This document shows, piece by piece, positions 28,755-38,225 of a stretch of DNA of 64,000 nt. The notes under the pieces were generated by a model, which saw only the letters and a list, made by a program, of their open reading frames with translations, did no database searches and was not told the origin of the DNA. Location: positions 188,865-252,864 of the forward strand of contig MFNL01000002.1 in assembly GCA_001782035.1 (NCBI GenBank), in the 5' to 3' direction. The translations under genes were made by a program, and so were the position numbers. How positions within the stretch are numbered: position 1 is the first letter of the stretch; each line of letters starts with the position of its first letter. The DNA is from Candidatus Levybacteria bacterium RIFCSPHIGHO2_01_FULL_37_17. Lineage in GTDB: Bacteria; Patescibacteriota; Microgenomatia; Levybacterales; UBA12049.

Positions 28755-30203
28755 TCACCCCCTAAGACTTATTTCTATTTTAACACTTCCGCCCAGAATA
28801 TTTTTAGCAACTTTTTCAAGTAATTCAAGCGTTTTTCCATCTTCAAGTTTTTCTTTATGAAATTTGGAGATTGCAACTATTGTAAGCTTGCCATTTGTAT
28901 TTTCAATTTCGCAGCTTCTAAGCACTCCAGCAATTAAATGATTGTGTAATTTTACTTCGTTTATAAAACTTTCATAAAAGTCAGGAGCTTTTCGAGGGGT
29001 GACGGAAGTGGAAGGGCTCCCGACAGCGCGCAGGAAGCTTTTCTCGGAAGAAATATTCGAGTGAGCACTGGCGGGAGGGAAACGGCCGGCAGGACCCCGA
29101 GAAGTTTGCTCGTCCGATTGGCTTCCGATGGTATCCTTTTCGCTCCACTCCACCAGCATTAGCTCCAAAGGAAGTTGCGCAAGTACTGCAAATTTCGTTT
29201 CAGAATGTGCTATGGATAAAAGCTCCAGTAACTTTTTTATTTCTGAAACTTCGAAGCTATTTTCAGACTTTGAATCAATTGCTCCAAGTTTTTGTAAAAG
29301 CATCAAATGGAAACTGTTCAGTAGTTTTTCAATGAAAAATTTAAAGTCTACTCCTTGTTTAGAAATTTTTGATATTATTTCAAGTCCTTTTTTAGCATTC
29401 CTTTCCATTAATGCATCTATAAACTGGACAGCTGCGCTGTTTACTCCCAAAGTGTTGAATTTTTCTTCAAAATACTGCCTTGTTATATTCTTTTTGCCCG
29501 AGGATATGCTAACTTCTTCTAAAAGTTTTGTTCCGTCTCTAAAGCTTCCATCACTCATTCTTGCTATTTCCAAAACTGCGTCCTTTTCAACTTTTATTCC
29601 TTCGGCTTTTATAATCCTTGAGAGTGATCTTGCTATTTCATCATCCGTTGCTTTTTTAAAATCGACCCTAAAGCACCTGGAAACAATAGTTTGCGGAACT
29701 TTATGAAATTCGGTCGTGCATAAAATAAACGCTGCATGATTTGGCGGCTCTTCAAGCGTTTTTAAAAGGGCGTTAAAAGCCTCTGTTGTCAGCATGTGAA
29801 CTTCATCAATTATGTAGATTTTTTTGGAAGCCTTATTCGGCAGAAGATTAATTTTTTCTTTTAAATCCCTAATTTCATCAATTCCCCTATTTGATGCTCC
29901 GTCAATTTCCAAGACATCAAAGTTTGCCCCTGATGTAATTGATGTGCACTGAAAACATTTGCTATCCGGTTCAATTTCAGATTCCGTCAGTTTTGTTTTT
30001 TTTATCTTCGCATGTTTTTCACAGTTAATTACTTTTGCAACAATTCGGGCCGCTGAAGTTTTACCCAATCCCTTGGGCCCTGAGAAAAGAAATGCATGAG
30101 GCACATCAAAGCCTTTTGCAAAAAGGGCAAAAAGAGACTCTCTTACGCTTTGACTATCCAACTCCGATATTTTTTGGGGTCTGTAAGTTCTGTAAAAAAC
30201 CAT
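28755..30203 (-). CDS. dnaX: DNA polymerase III gamma/tau
   Basis: YRP, GLGKTS, EIDGASNRG, DEVHML, ALLKTLEEPP, SRC. Confidence 0.97.
   Translation of the reverse strand: MVFYRTYRPQKISELDSQSVRESLFALFAKGFDVPHAFLFSGPKGLGKTSAARIVAKVINCEKHAKIKKTKLTESEIEPDSKCFQCTSITSGANFDVLEIDGASNRGIDEIRDLKEKINLLPNKASKKIYIIDEVHMLTTEAFNALLKTLEEPPNHAAFILCTTEFHKVPQTIVSRCFRVDFKKATDDEIARSLSRIIKAEGIKVEKDAVLEIARMSDGSFRDGTKLLEEVSISSGKKNITRQYFEEKFNTLGVNSAAVQFIDALMERNAKKGLEIISKISKQGVDFKFFIEKLLNSFHLMLLQKLGAIDSKSENSFEVSEIKKLLELLSIAHSETKFAVLAQLPLELMLVEWSEKDTIGSQSDEQTSRGPAGRFPPASAHSNISSEKSFLRAVGSPSTSVTPRKAPDFYESFINEVKLHNHLIAGVLRSCEIENTNGKLTIVAISKFHKEKLEDGKTLELLEKVAKNILGGSVKIEISLRG
28987..29105. repeat. In-frame GC-rich palindromic element inside dnaX
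   Basis: ttc-ga-ggggt/acccc-ga-gaa, ctcccg/cgggag, cag/ctg, gaa/ttc, tttct/agaaa. Confidence 0.75.
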
Positions 30204-30204
30204 A

Positions 30205-30591
30205 TTAGTCGTGATGCAGGCCCAAAAGGTGCATCATTCCATGCTCAATTAAATCGTCGATTTTATCATCAACCAGCATTTCATCTCGCGACGCTTCATT
30301 TATTACAACCGGAAAAGATATAACTATATCGCCAAGTGCTAATTTACCAGCTGCATGCCTAATCGGCTCTCCCTCATTTTGAGAAAAGGAGAGAATATTT
30401 CTTGTTTTATCTTCGCCTTTATATCTTTGGGAAAGCTGCCTCATTTTTCTGTCCCCCACAACTGCAACAGAAACCTCAACAGGAGAACTCACTTGGTTTT
30501 TTGACAAAACGTCTGAAATTTTCCTCTTTATCCTTTTCCTGTTTATTTTGTATCTGCTTTCAACAAAAATCGGAATTGATAATTTGTCCAT
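30205..30591 (-). CDS. ybeY: rRNA maturation RNase YbeY
   Basis: LSF, LGDIVIS, HGMMHLLGLHH. Confidence 0.93.
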   Translation of the reverse strand: MDKLSIPIFVESRYKINRKRIKRKISDVLSKNQVSSPVEVSVAVVGDRKMRQLSQRYKGEDKTRNILSFSQNEGEPIRHAAGKLALGDIVISFPVVINEASRDEMLVDDKIDDLIEHGMMHLLGLHHD

Positions 30592-30593
30592 GA

Positions 30594-30779
30594 TTAGACA
30601 GAGGGCGTTCTTTTTGCCCTTCTTTGTTCCTCCTGCTTTTGCTTTCGGGCAAGTGAAGGTTTAAGATAAAATTCTCTTCTTTTCGCTTCCTGCAAAATAC
30701 CCTCATTTATTACCTTCCTGCTGAATTTTCTAATCAATGCCTCGTCGCTATCTCCCGGCATTTTTTTTACTACTACCAT
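30594..30779 (-). CDS. rpsU: 30S ribosomal protein S21
   Basis: LIRKF..GIL..RREFYLKPS; SD AGGAGGTG. Confidence 0.9.
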   Translation of the reverse strand: MVVVKKMPGDSDEALIRKFSRKVINEGILQEAKRREFYLKPSLARKQKQEEQRRAKRTPSV

Positions 30780-30808
30780 AAAAAACACCTCCTTTTGTAT
30801 GTTTCATT

Positions 30809-31213
30809 TTACGCCTTTTTAATCTTTTCGGCAATTTCCTCTCGTGACTGTCTAGGAATATTTTTAACAATACTTTGAATTATTCCACCCTTATCATTTT
30901 CCCATCTTGGAATAAGATGAATATGCAAATGCGGAACTCCCTTTTTCTCTAAATGATTTATCCCAATAGTAATTGAATCCGAATTCAGTGCTTTTTCTTG
31001 CTTTTTAGCAACTTTTGAAACAGTATCCATTAATACTCCTAAATCTTTTCCTTCATAATCAAATATACTCTTACCGTGTTTTTTGGATATCACCATAACG
31101 TGCCCAGGCGCAGAGGGACTTAGCTCCATAAAAGCAATCGTTTCTTCATCTTCATAAACTCTAAGTGAGTGAACTTGATTTTTTACAATTTTACAAAAAA
31201 TGCAATTTTCCAT
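30809..31213 (-). CDS. HIT family hydrolase
   Basis: CIFC, VPHLHIHLIPR. Confidence 0.92.
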   Translation of the reverse strand: MENCIFCKIVKNQVHSLRVYEDEETIAFMELSPSAPGHVMVISKKHGKSIFDYEGKDLGVLMDTVSKVAKKQEKALNSDSITIGINHLEKKGVPHLHIHLIPRWENDKGGIIQSIVKNIPRQSREEIAEKIKKA

Positions 31214-31215
31214 AA

Positions 31216-32121
31216 TTAAATTTCTCTCAAGACTTCAATAATCTCTTGCAAAGAAAGTTTACTTGGCTTCATTTTAGGATTTTTTGGCGTTCCGTTTAGA
31301 AGCATTTTCCCCGAAACGTGCAAAAACCAAGTAGCTTGTGGGTCCATTTTTTTCAGCTTTTCCGAAACAAGTGTTAAATCAAGCCCTTTTTTGCCTATCT
31401 CATCAGGTCTTGCCTTAATACGAACATATCCTTTTCTAGGGTCTTTTCTTACAACTACAACATATCCCATTAGCTGTGCAAGCTTTACGACAGTATCATT
31501 TATTGTCTCAAGGCCTAGTCCCTTTCCCCATTTTGTTTCAAACTTTACTCCTTTTTCTTCAATTTCATTTTCAGCCCAGATTCTGTTTTCTATATCGTGC
31601 AAAATTGCGTCTAAACAAATAGAAATAAATTCTACATAATATTTGTCATCGTTTGGATGCTGAAATTTTAGACCGTCTAAAACTTCTGTAATTGAAAAGT
31701 TGTTGTAATTCTCAAGCGCATCTTTTCTAAATGCTTCCTTAAAATGATCAACTTCCACAACAAAGTCGGAAACTCGCTCCAATGCCTGCAGCTTTATCGG
31801 ATCGATATTTGTGTCTTTTTCTAAAAGGTGTTTTTTTATGTAATTAAATGTTAAAGAAGCACCACACGTATTTGTATCTTTAGTCTGATGATGGTCCAAA
31901 GGCCCCAGTCCTGTATCAACGTGGATTACTTCATTTCCGCTAATAATTTCTACTGGATCTTTTATGTCTAATGCTTTTTCAGGGGTATAATCTCCAATTC
32001 GTTGTCCTGCAGGCACAAAACGAACTTCAGCATTTTCCCAGCCGCTTAAATATCTTTTAATAAACCAAACGGATGTAATAGCATCCATGTCCGGCGATGT
32101 ATGTGTAACAATTCTTTTCAT
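31216..32121 (-). CDS. DHH/MYG1-like phosphoesterase
   Basis: TH..PD.D, VDTG, LDHHQ. Confidence 0.65.
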   Translation of the reverse strand: MKRIVTHTSPDMDAITSVWFIKRYLSGWENAEVRFVPAGQRIGDYTPEKALDIKDPVEIISGNEVIHVDTGLGPLDHHQTKDTNTCGASLTFNYIKKHLLEKDTNIDPIKLQALERVSDFVVEVDHFKEAFRKDALENYNNFSITEVLDGLKFQHPNDDKYYVEFISICLDAILHDIENRIWAENEIEEKGVKFETKWGKGLGLETINDTVVKLAQLMGYVVVVRKDPRKGYVRIKARPDEIGKKGLDLTLVSEKLKKMDPQATWFLHVSGKMLLNGTPKNPKMKPSKLSLQEIIEVLREI

Positions 32122-32180
32122 AGGGTCTTTAAGTATACTGTTTTTGAGCTAAAATTGAAAGAGTTTGGTATAATCTATAT

Positions 32181-32714
32181 GTGTCAGAGCAAAAACCGGA
32201 AACTTTAGAATTTCCACCTTTAGAAAAAAGTATTAACCACTACGAAATGCCATTTCCAAGAGATACTCAAGTTACGAATATTGAAAAAGATGGCCCTGCT
32301 CATATTGGCCCTTTTAGAGGAGCAATTGATTATATTATGGCATTAGGAACTTCAGTTGTTGCTCCCTTAGATGGGGTGATAAGTGATGTATATGATAGAC
32401 ATGAAAAATATGGCCCTACTGATGAATTTGTAAATGATGCAAATTATATAACCATTGCTCATGCGAATGGGGAATTTTCTCAAGTAGTACATCTTGCTAA
32501 AGATTCCTCAAAAGTAAAAAAAGGGGATAAAGTAAAAGCTGGGCAAAAGATAGCTATTACTGGGAATTCTGGGTGGATGACTGAGCCTCATTTACATTTC
32601 TTCGTCTTTACGCTAGACAACATCAGGGAAGGTTTTATAGGACTAGAGCCTCAGTTTAAACAAGAAACACCTAGGACAAATATATTGACAAAATTACATT
32701 TAAAAAAGCTATAA
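32181..32714 (+). CDS. M23 family metallopeptidase
   Basis: H......AID, HL, GNSG....PHLHF. Confidence 0.9.
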   Translation: MSEQKPETLEFPPLEKSINHYEMPFPRDTQVTNIEKDGPAHIGPFRGAIDYIMALGTSVVAPLDGVISDVYDRHEKYGPTDEFVNDANYITIAHANGEFSQVVHLAKDSSKVKKGDKVKAGQKIAITGNSGWMTEPHLHFFVFTLDNIREGFIGLEPQFKQETPRTNILTKLHLKKL

Positions 32715-32723
32715 TAAGTTAAC

Positions 32724-32747
32724 TGCCCCTTCGATGGGCTCAGGGCA
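32724..32747. repeat. Short REP-like palindrome
   Basis: tgccc-cttcgatgggctca-gggca between -10 and ATG 32753. Confidence 0.55.
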
Positions 32748-32752
32748 ATTGC

Positions 32753-33190
32753 ATGAATCCAAAAAACCTAAATGATTTAGACCCAAAACTTAGAGATGCA
32801 TACGAAAAAGTAATGGGGACAAACTTCAATCCCGCCCCTGCTGCTACCCAACAAGAACAACAAAATACTCCATCTGTTCAAGCTGCTCCTCAACAAAATA
32901 CTCCACTAATGCAGACCCAGCCGGCAGAAGAGCAACCACCTGTAATTCAAACTGTTCCTGTTCAGCCTCCATTGCAAAACCCACAACCTTCCCCTCTTCC
33001 TATGCAAAATCCATTTGCGCAAACCCCTATCCCTCCCCCAACAGTTTTAACGCAAGCAGGAAGTTATTCCGCGCCTCAGCAAGTGCAAAAAAAACATTTT
33101 AGTTTTATGCCTATTGTTTTTTTACTCGGCGGTGGATTATTCTTTGCTGCTTACGCAGTTATTTGGGCCAAAATTTTCGGACTATTCTAA
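32753..33190 (+). CDS. Pro/Gln-rich protein with C-terminal TM
   Basis: LDPKLR.AYE.VMG N-terminus, PQ-rich linker, TM tail. Confidence 0.7.
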   Translation: MNPKNLNDLDPKLRDAYEKVMGTNFNPAPAATQQEQQNTPSVQAAPQQNTPLMQTQPAEEQPPVIQTVPVQPPLQNPQPSPLPMQNPFAQTPIPPPTVLTQAGSYSAPQQVQKKHFSFMPIVFLLGGGLFFAAYAVIWAKIFGLF

Positions 33191-34414
33191 TCGTTTTATA
33201 ACTTCTTCAAAAGAAAGAAGTTCAACTTTTTCTCCACTTCTTTCTTTCCACTCAATTTTATCTCCGGTTTTTTTCGAAACAACAAGTCTTATAGGAATTC
33301 CTATTAAATCAGCAGTTGCAAATTTTTCTCCCGCACTAACATTTGTTCTGTCATCCCAAAGTACTTCAATTCCTTTTTCTATTAAAGCATCATAAACTTT
33401 TTGAACAGTTGGCTCAGTACCAGGATCCTCAACATGAACCAAATGTACCTCAAATGGAGAAATAGATTTTGGCCACATTATCCCTTTATCATCGTGATAA
33501 ATTTCAACCAAAGTTCCAAGTAGCCTAGTTGGCCCAATGCCATAGCTTGCCAGCCATACGGGTTTTTGCGCTCCTTTTTCGTCTGTATACAAAGCGCCCA
33601 TTTTTTCTGCATACATTGTTCCCAAAGGGAAAATATTACCAACTTCTATAGCTTTTGATGTTAAAATTTTTCCATCGCAAGTGGGGCATTTGTCCCCTGC
33701 TTTAACCTTTGCGATTTCGTCATTTTGGGCAAAATCACACTTGTCGCAATAAAAAATAGTATCCTCCCCAACGCTTGCTAAAACCTGAAATTCGTGGCTG
33801 TTTTTATCTGTAAATACCCCGCCGGATGCTTCAACCACTTTTACAGAGAGTTCCATCCTTTTGAAAATTTTAATATATGCTCTTTTCACTTCTTCGTAGT
33901 ATTTTTGCATATCGACTTGCGTTAAATGAGCACTGTATAAATCCTTCATCAAAAATTCCCTCGCGCGTAAAATTCCTGATTTTGCCCGCAATTCATGCCT
34001 GAATTTGGTTGAGAAATGGTATAGCTTAAGGGGAAAATCCGAGAGTTTTATATTGTGTTTTCGAATTAAATCAACAACTATTTCCTCATGTGTAAAAGAA
34101 AGCGCAAATTCTTTATCATCTTTCTTAAACTGGTACATTACCTCTTTCGCAGACTCCCATCTTCCTGTTTCATTCCAGACTTCTTTGGGATGCATTAGTG
34201 GCATTAGCATTTCCTGCGCTCCAGTTTCGTTAAGTTCTTCGCGGATTATATTTTTTATTTTTTCAACTACTCTAAATCCTAACGGTAATAGCGTGAAGCT
34301 TCCTGCCATAAGTTGGTCTATAAAGCCGGCTCTCACTAATAATTTATGGTTTTCTGCTTCTGCCCCTCTAGGCGCGTCTTTCTGAGTTTTAGGAAAAAGC
34401 AAGGAGTACTTCAC
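33182..34414 (-). CDS. proS: Proline--tRNA ligase (short form)
   Basis: LLVRAGFI, THEE, KFR.E.R..G..R.REF.MKD, EVGNIF.LG, anticodon domain. Confidence 0.95.
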   Translation of the reverse strand: MKYSLLFPKTQKDAPRGAEAENHKLLVRAGFIDQLMAGSFTLLPLGFRVVEKIKNIIREELNETGAQEMLMPLMHPKEVWNETGRWESAKEVMYQFKKDDKEFALSFTHEEIVVDLIRKHNIKLSDFPLKLYHFSTKFRHELRAKSGILRAREFLMKDLYSAHLTQVDMQKYYEEVKRAYIKIFKRMELSVKVVEASGGVFTDKNSHEFQVLASVGEDTIFYCDKCDFAQNDEIAKVKAGDKCPTCDGKILTSKAIEVGNIFPLGTMYAEKMGALYTDEKGAQKPVWLASYGIGPTRLLGTLVEIYHDDKGIMWPKSISPFEVHLVHVEDPGTEPTVQKVYDALIEKGIEVLWDDRTNVSAGEKFATADLIGIPIRLVVSKKTGDKIEWKERSGEKVELLSFEEVIKRLE

Positions 34415-34466
34415 GCATTTATTGTAGCATAAGGCTATTAACTTTTGAATTTGCTAAAATAAATAC

Positions 34467-34991
34467 ATGGATAGGTTTCACTCTCTTTGGTTAGTTCCTG
34501 AAAACGAACAAAAAGATCAGTTGCAAAGCATTGTCAATAGGCTTGCTGAAGATAATAATTCTCCTACTTTTACACCACATCTGACTCTCATTGGAGATGT
34601 TGAAATTCAATTAGAGCCATTTAGAAGAGCAGTTGATGAAGTTTTCGAAGGAATTAATGCATTTTATATTAAGGCTACTGCAGTTAATTTCAGTGAAAAA
34701 TTTGCTAAGTCGGTTTTTATTGAATTCGAGCTTGACGAGAATCTTAAAAATCTTTTCATTGAAATTTCCAAAAGAACAGAAAATAGAGACCTATCAACTT
34801 TCAAACCTCACATAAGCCTAATATATAAATTGATGCCTATTGAAGAAAAAGAGAAAATTGCTAAATCAATTAATATAAATGGAAATTACTTAATCGATAA
34901 GGCTTGCATAACCAATCCCGCAAAAATAAGAGAAGACTTTTACGATGTTGAAAAGTGGAAAATTTTTTATCAAAAAAATCTTAAACCTTAA
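34467..34991 (+). CDS. 2H phosphoesterase (cyclic phosphodiesterase-like)
   Basis: PHLTL and PHISL. Confidence 0.85.
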   Translation: MDRFHSLWLVPENEQKDQLQSIVNRLAEDNNSPTFTPHLTLIGDVEIQLEPFRRAVDEVFEGINAFYIKATAVNFSEKFAKSVFIEFELDENLKNLFIEISKRTENRDLSTFKPHISLIYKLMPIEEKEKIAKSININGNYLIDKACITNPAKIREDFYDVEKWKIFYQKNLKP

Positions 34992-35754
34992 CCCCTTGGG
35001 CTTCAAGGAATTGATTGACTAACGCTTGGTTTCCAATGACCAAAGCACTGTCCAAAAATGTTCCATCTTCTCCATTAAATCTTTTTATTACTGCTCCTGC
35101 TTCTTTTGCTATTACAAATCCGGCAGCATTATCCCAAGGCTTGAAAAATTGATGCACATAAATATCCGCTCTACCTGCTGCAATATCAGCGTATGCCAAA
35201 ACCGCACTACCCCTCATTAACACCCACGGATTTTGCGGAAGGCTAGCTACCAGCTGCAAATTTCTTTTCGTTCCATTTGGCTCATAAGAATTATCGGTCA
35301 AAAGAGTAGCTTTTCCCAAATCGTCTGTGTCTGAAGCATGAATTTTCGCTTCATCTAAATAAGCACCCTCTCCTTTTACTGCATGAAAAAGCTGGTCTCT
35401 AAAAGGATCGTAAATAAATCCCGCCATAGGCTCTCCCATCTCTACATATCCAACAGAAATTCCCGCATATTCTCTTCCGTTTTTAAAATTGCTTGTCCCA
35501 TCTATCGGATCAATTACCCATAAATGTTCAACAGTTAAGGGATCATTTAGATCTGATTCTGTTTCTTCAGAAAGTATTAGATGATTTGGAAAATTTCTTT
35601 GTATTGTTTCTTTTAAAACCCTCTCTGATGCTAAATCTGCCGCGGTAACATAATTTAATCTTCCTTCTTTTATGGTTACGCCCTCAGTTGGAGCTGTTCT
35701 TAAAACAGCAGCCCCAGCTTCTTTTATTCCAGCCTTAATTGCTTCTAAATTCAT
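34981..35754 (-). CDS. suhB: Inositol monophosphatase family
   Basis: VTAAD, WVIDPIDGTSNF, KPWD.AAG. Confidence 0.88.
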   Translation of the reverse strand: MNLEAIKAGIKEAGAAVLRTAPTEGVTIKEGRLNYVTAADLASERVLKETIQRNFPNHLILSEETESDLNDPLTVEHLWVIDPIDGTSNFKNGREYAGISVGYVEMGEPMAGFIYDPFRDQLFHAVKGEGAYLDEAKIHASDTDDLGKATLLTDNSYEPNGTKRNLQLVASLPQNPWVLMRGSAVLAYADIAAGRADIYVHQFFKPWDNAAGFVIAKEAGAVIKRFNGEDGTFLDSALVIGNQALVNQFLEAQGVKV

Positions 35755-36077
35755 ACGACTAGCGTCCCTTCTTTTACGTCTTCATTTGGAATTAAAAGAA
35801 CGGGTTTTTCTTCTGTGTCCATTGCTACCAACATTCCCTGAGACTCTTCTCCTCTAAAATTTCTTGGTTCTAAATTTACAATAAAAGGCAGTTTTTTACC
35901 CTCTAAATCTTCTGGGTTATAAAACTGTGCTATTGCAGAAATTATCTGCCTTTGAAAATCACCGAAATCAACCTGTAATTTAAGGAGCTTGTCCGCATTT
36001 TCGACTTTAGAACAGGAAGTCACCTTACCTATCCTTATTTCAACCTTTTTAAAATCTTCAAGGCTCACTGTATCCAT
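35751..36077 (-). CDS. OB-fold tRNA-binding protein (MetG C-terminal/Trbp111/CsaA)
   Basis: DF.KVEIRIG, ADKLL, NL.PR..GEESQGM. Confidence 0.9.
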   Translation of the reverse strand: MDTVSLEDFKKVEIRIGKVTSCSKVENADKLLKLQVDFGDFQRQIISAIAQFYNPEDLEGKKLPFIVNLEPRNFRGEESQGMLVAMDTEEKPVLLIPNEDVKEGTLVV

Positions 36078-36139
36078 AAAAAGTAATTATATCCATTGAC
36101 AGAACAATTTTCAAAGAGTATAAATTATTTTTGTAACCA

Positions 36140-37414
36140 ATGGACTCAAATAGCATTTATCAAAAATCAAGGGAAGAAGTTTTGGAAGTAGGAGAAAAAT
36201 ATAATCTCGCCGAAGAAAAACTGGAGGAATTTTTAGAACCGGACAGAGTTTTAGAAGTTAAAATCCCCATCAAAATTGACAACGAGCTTGTAAACTTCAG
36301 AGGCTTCAGAAGTCAGCACAATAATAACTTGGGCCCGTATAAAGGCGGCCTCAGGTTTCACCAAAATGTAAATAAAGACGAAGTCATGGCTCTATCTTTG
36401 TGGATGAGCTTGAAGTGTGCAGTAGCTGGGCTTCCTTTTGGAGGCGGAAAGGGAGGAATTGCAGTTGATCCAAAGCAGTTGAGCGAAAAAGAGCTTGAAA
36501 GTTTGTCGCGTGAATATGTAAGAAGAGTTTATGAAATCCTTGGTCCTCAAAAAGATGTTCCGGCACCTGATGTTAACACAAATCCAAAGATAATTGACTG
36601 GATGGTTGATGAATACATAAAACTTAACAAAAATGGCGAATATAAAACTAATGAACTTTATGCAACATTTACCGGAAAGTCTAAAAAGGGATTGGCTGGC
36701 CGAACCGAAGCAACAGGTTTTGGAGGAGTTGCTGTCTTAAAAAGAATAGCGGAAAAGTTAAAACTTGATCCTCAAAATACAACTATTGCAATTATGGGTT
36801 TTGGAAACGTAGGATATTATTTTGCCGATTTTGCATCAAAAGCAGGCTTTAAAGTCGTTGCAGTTTCAGACTCCAAAGGTGGAATTATTAAAAGAGACGC
36901 TAAGGGTAATTTTATTCCTCTTGATATTCCGCTGGTTTATGACTGCAAGATGGAAAAAGGTAGCCTAAATGGCTGCTACTGCGCTGGAGGAGTTTGCGAC
37001 ATGCGCGGCGGACAAATGATAACCAACGAGGAGCTTCTGCAGCTTCCCGTTGACATTTTGGTTCCTGCAGCACTTGAGAACGTTATCACAGAAAACAACA
37101 TGCAAAACATAAAAGCAAAAATAATAGTTGAAATGGCAAACGGCCCTGTCACGCCAAAAGCATCTCATTATCTTATAAAAAGGGGCGTGTTTATTACTCC
37201 TGACATTTTAGCCAACTCCGGAGGCGTTGCTGCAAGTTACATTGAATGGGAACAAAATTTAAAAGGCAAAACTTATAAAAAAGAGGATGTTTTAAAAAGA
37301 TTGGAGAAAATGATGAAAGAAGCTTTTGAGAATGTTTGGAATACAGCTGAAAAAGAAAATACAAATCTTCCAGAAGCCTCTTATTTAGTAGCTCTCAAAA
37401 GAATTCTAAAATGA
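36140..37414 (+). CDS. gdhA: Glutamate dehydrogenase
   Basis: GPYKGGLRF, GGGKGG, VPAPD, GFGNVG, E.ANGP, NSGGV. Confidence 0.95.
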   Translation: MDSNSIYQKSREEVLEVGEKYNLAEEKLEEFLEPDRVLEVKIPIKIDNELVNFRGFRSQHNNNLGPYKGGLRFHQNVNKDEVMALSLWMSLKCAVAGLPFGGGKGGIAVDPKQLSEKELESLSREYVRRVYEILGPQKDVPAPDVNTNPKIIDWMVDEYIKLNKNGEYKTNELYATFTGKSKKGLAGRTEATGFGGVAVLKRIAEKLKLDPQNTTIAIMGFGNVGYYFADFASKAGFKVVAVSDSKGGIIKRDAKGNFIPLDIPLVYDCKMEKGSLNGCYCAGGVCDMRGGQMITNEELLQLPVDILVPAALENVITENNMQNIKAKIIVEMANGPVTPKASHYLIKRGVFITPDILANSGGVAASYIEWEQNLKGKTYKKEDVLKRLEKMMKEAFENVWNTAEKENTNLPEASYLVALKRILK

Positions 37415-37415
37415 T

Positions 37416-38225
37416 ATGCCAAGAGTAGAATGGCCTGACAAACCTATTCCTGCTCGAGAATCCGGCTTAGTAAGCGCTGATTACATAAGTGCCGCTGTAA
37501 AAGCATATGAACGCGCAAGACAAGCACTGCTTAAACCGATACCAAATCTCGATCCGCATGGAAGTGTCAAAGTATCTATTGACGTTGAAGACGACAACCC
37601 ATGGAATCTAAGATTTTGGAATAATTCACTGCAAATAACAACTATAAGACCTGGTACACTAACTAGAATATACAGAGAAATACACTTCGATCCATCCTCT
37701 TCATATGGCGGTAATGTTTCTTACACTAGAGAGGGTAAAAACCGAAAAGCAGGGCCAAGTGGAATGAACAAGCCATGGGTTTTAGAGCTGGCAAATCAGG
37801 ATCTTGATTTCATTTTAAAACCCGCAGAAGAAGCAACACAAATTGTTATACCCTTTAAAAAGCCTGAAACCATAGAAAAGCAATTAAAAACTGCTCCACA
37901 AAGAGCAAGAAGAGCATTGTTAAGAGACTTCCCTAATTTTGTGGGAGCTTCTTTTGAACTGCTGGACGAAAATGGATTGAGATGGAGTCTTTCATTTAGG
38001 AAAGACCTTGTATTTGCTACGCAATATTCAAAAACAGGCAGTGAATTGGACCAATTTAGAGTAGCAATGGACAAGGACAGTGAGCCCTTTGTCTATTACT
38101 CGCTTCGCGCTTATAGAAGAAGGAAAGAAATACCAAAAAATACCGAGCTTGAAAAAGAGATTACTCTTCAAAGACTTTCAGAACTTTTGACTCCTGCGGA
38201 AAAAGCTTCCGGGAGGCTACTTTAG
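37416..38225 (+). CDS. Hypothetical protein with internal duplication
   Basis: 269-aa ORF with two similar halves. Confidence 0.6.
   Translation: MPRVEWPDKPIPARESGLVSADYISAAVKAYERARQALLKPIPNLDPHGSVKVSIDVEDDNPWNLRFWNNSLQITTIRPGTLTRIYREIHFDPSSSYGGNVSYTREGKNRKAGPSGMNKPWVLELANQDLDFILKPAEEATQIVIPFKKPETIEKQLKTAPQRARRALLRDFPNFVGASFELLDENGLRWSLSFRKDLVFATQYSKTGSELDQFRVAMDKDSEPFVYYSLRAYRRRKEIPKNTELEKEITLQRLSELLTPAEKASGRLL

Noticed and set aside
33182-34414. Short ProRS and 148-aa EF-Ts as pseudogenes
   Set aside because: Core motifs are intact; short forms lacking editing or C-terminal subdomains are known in reduced genomes
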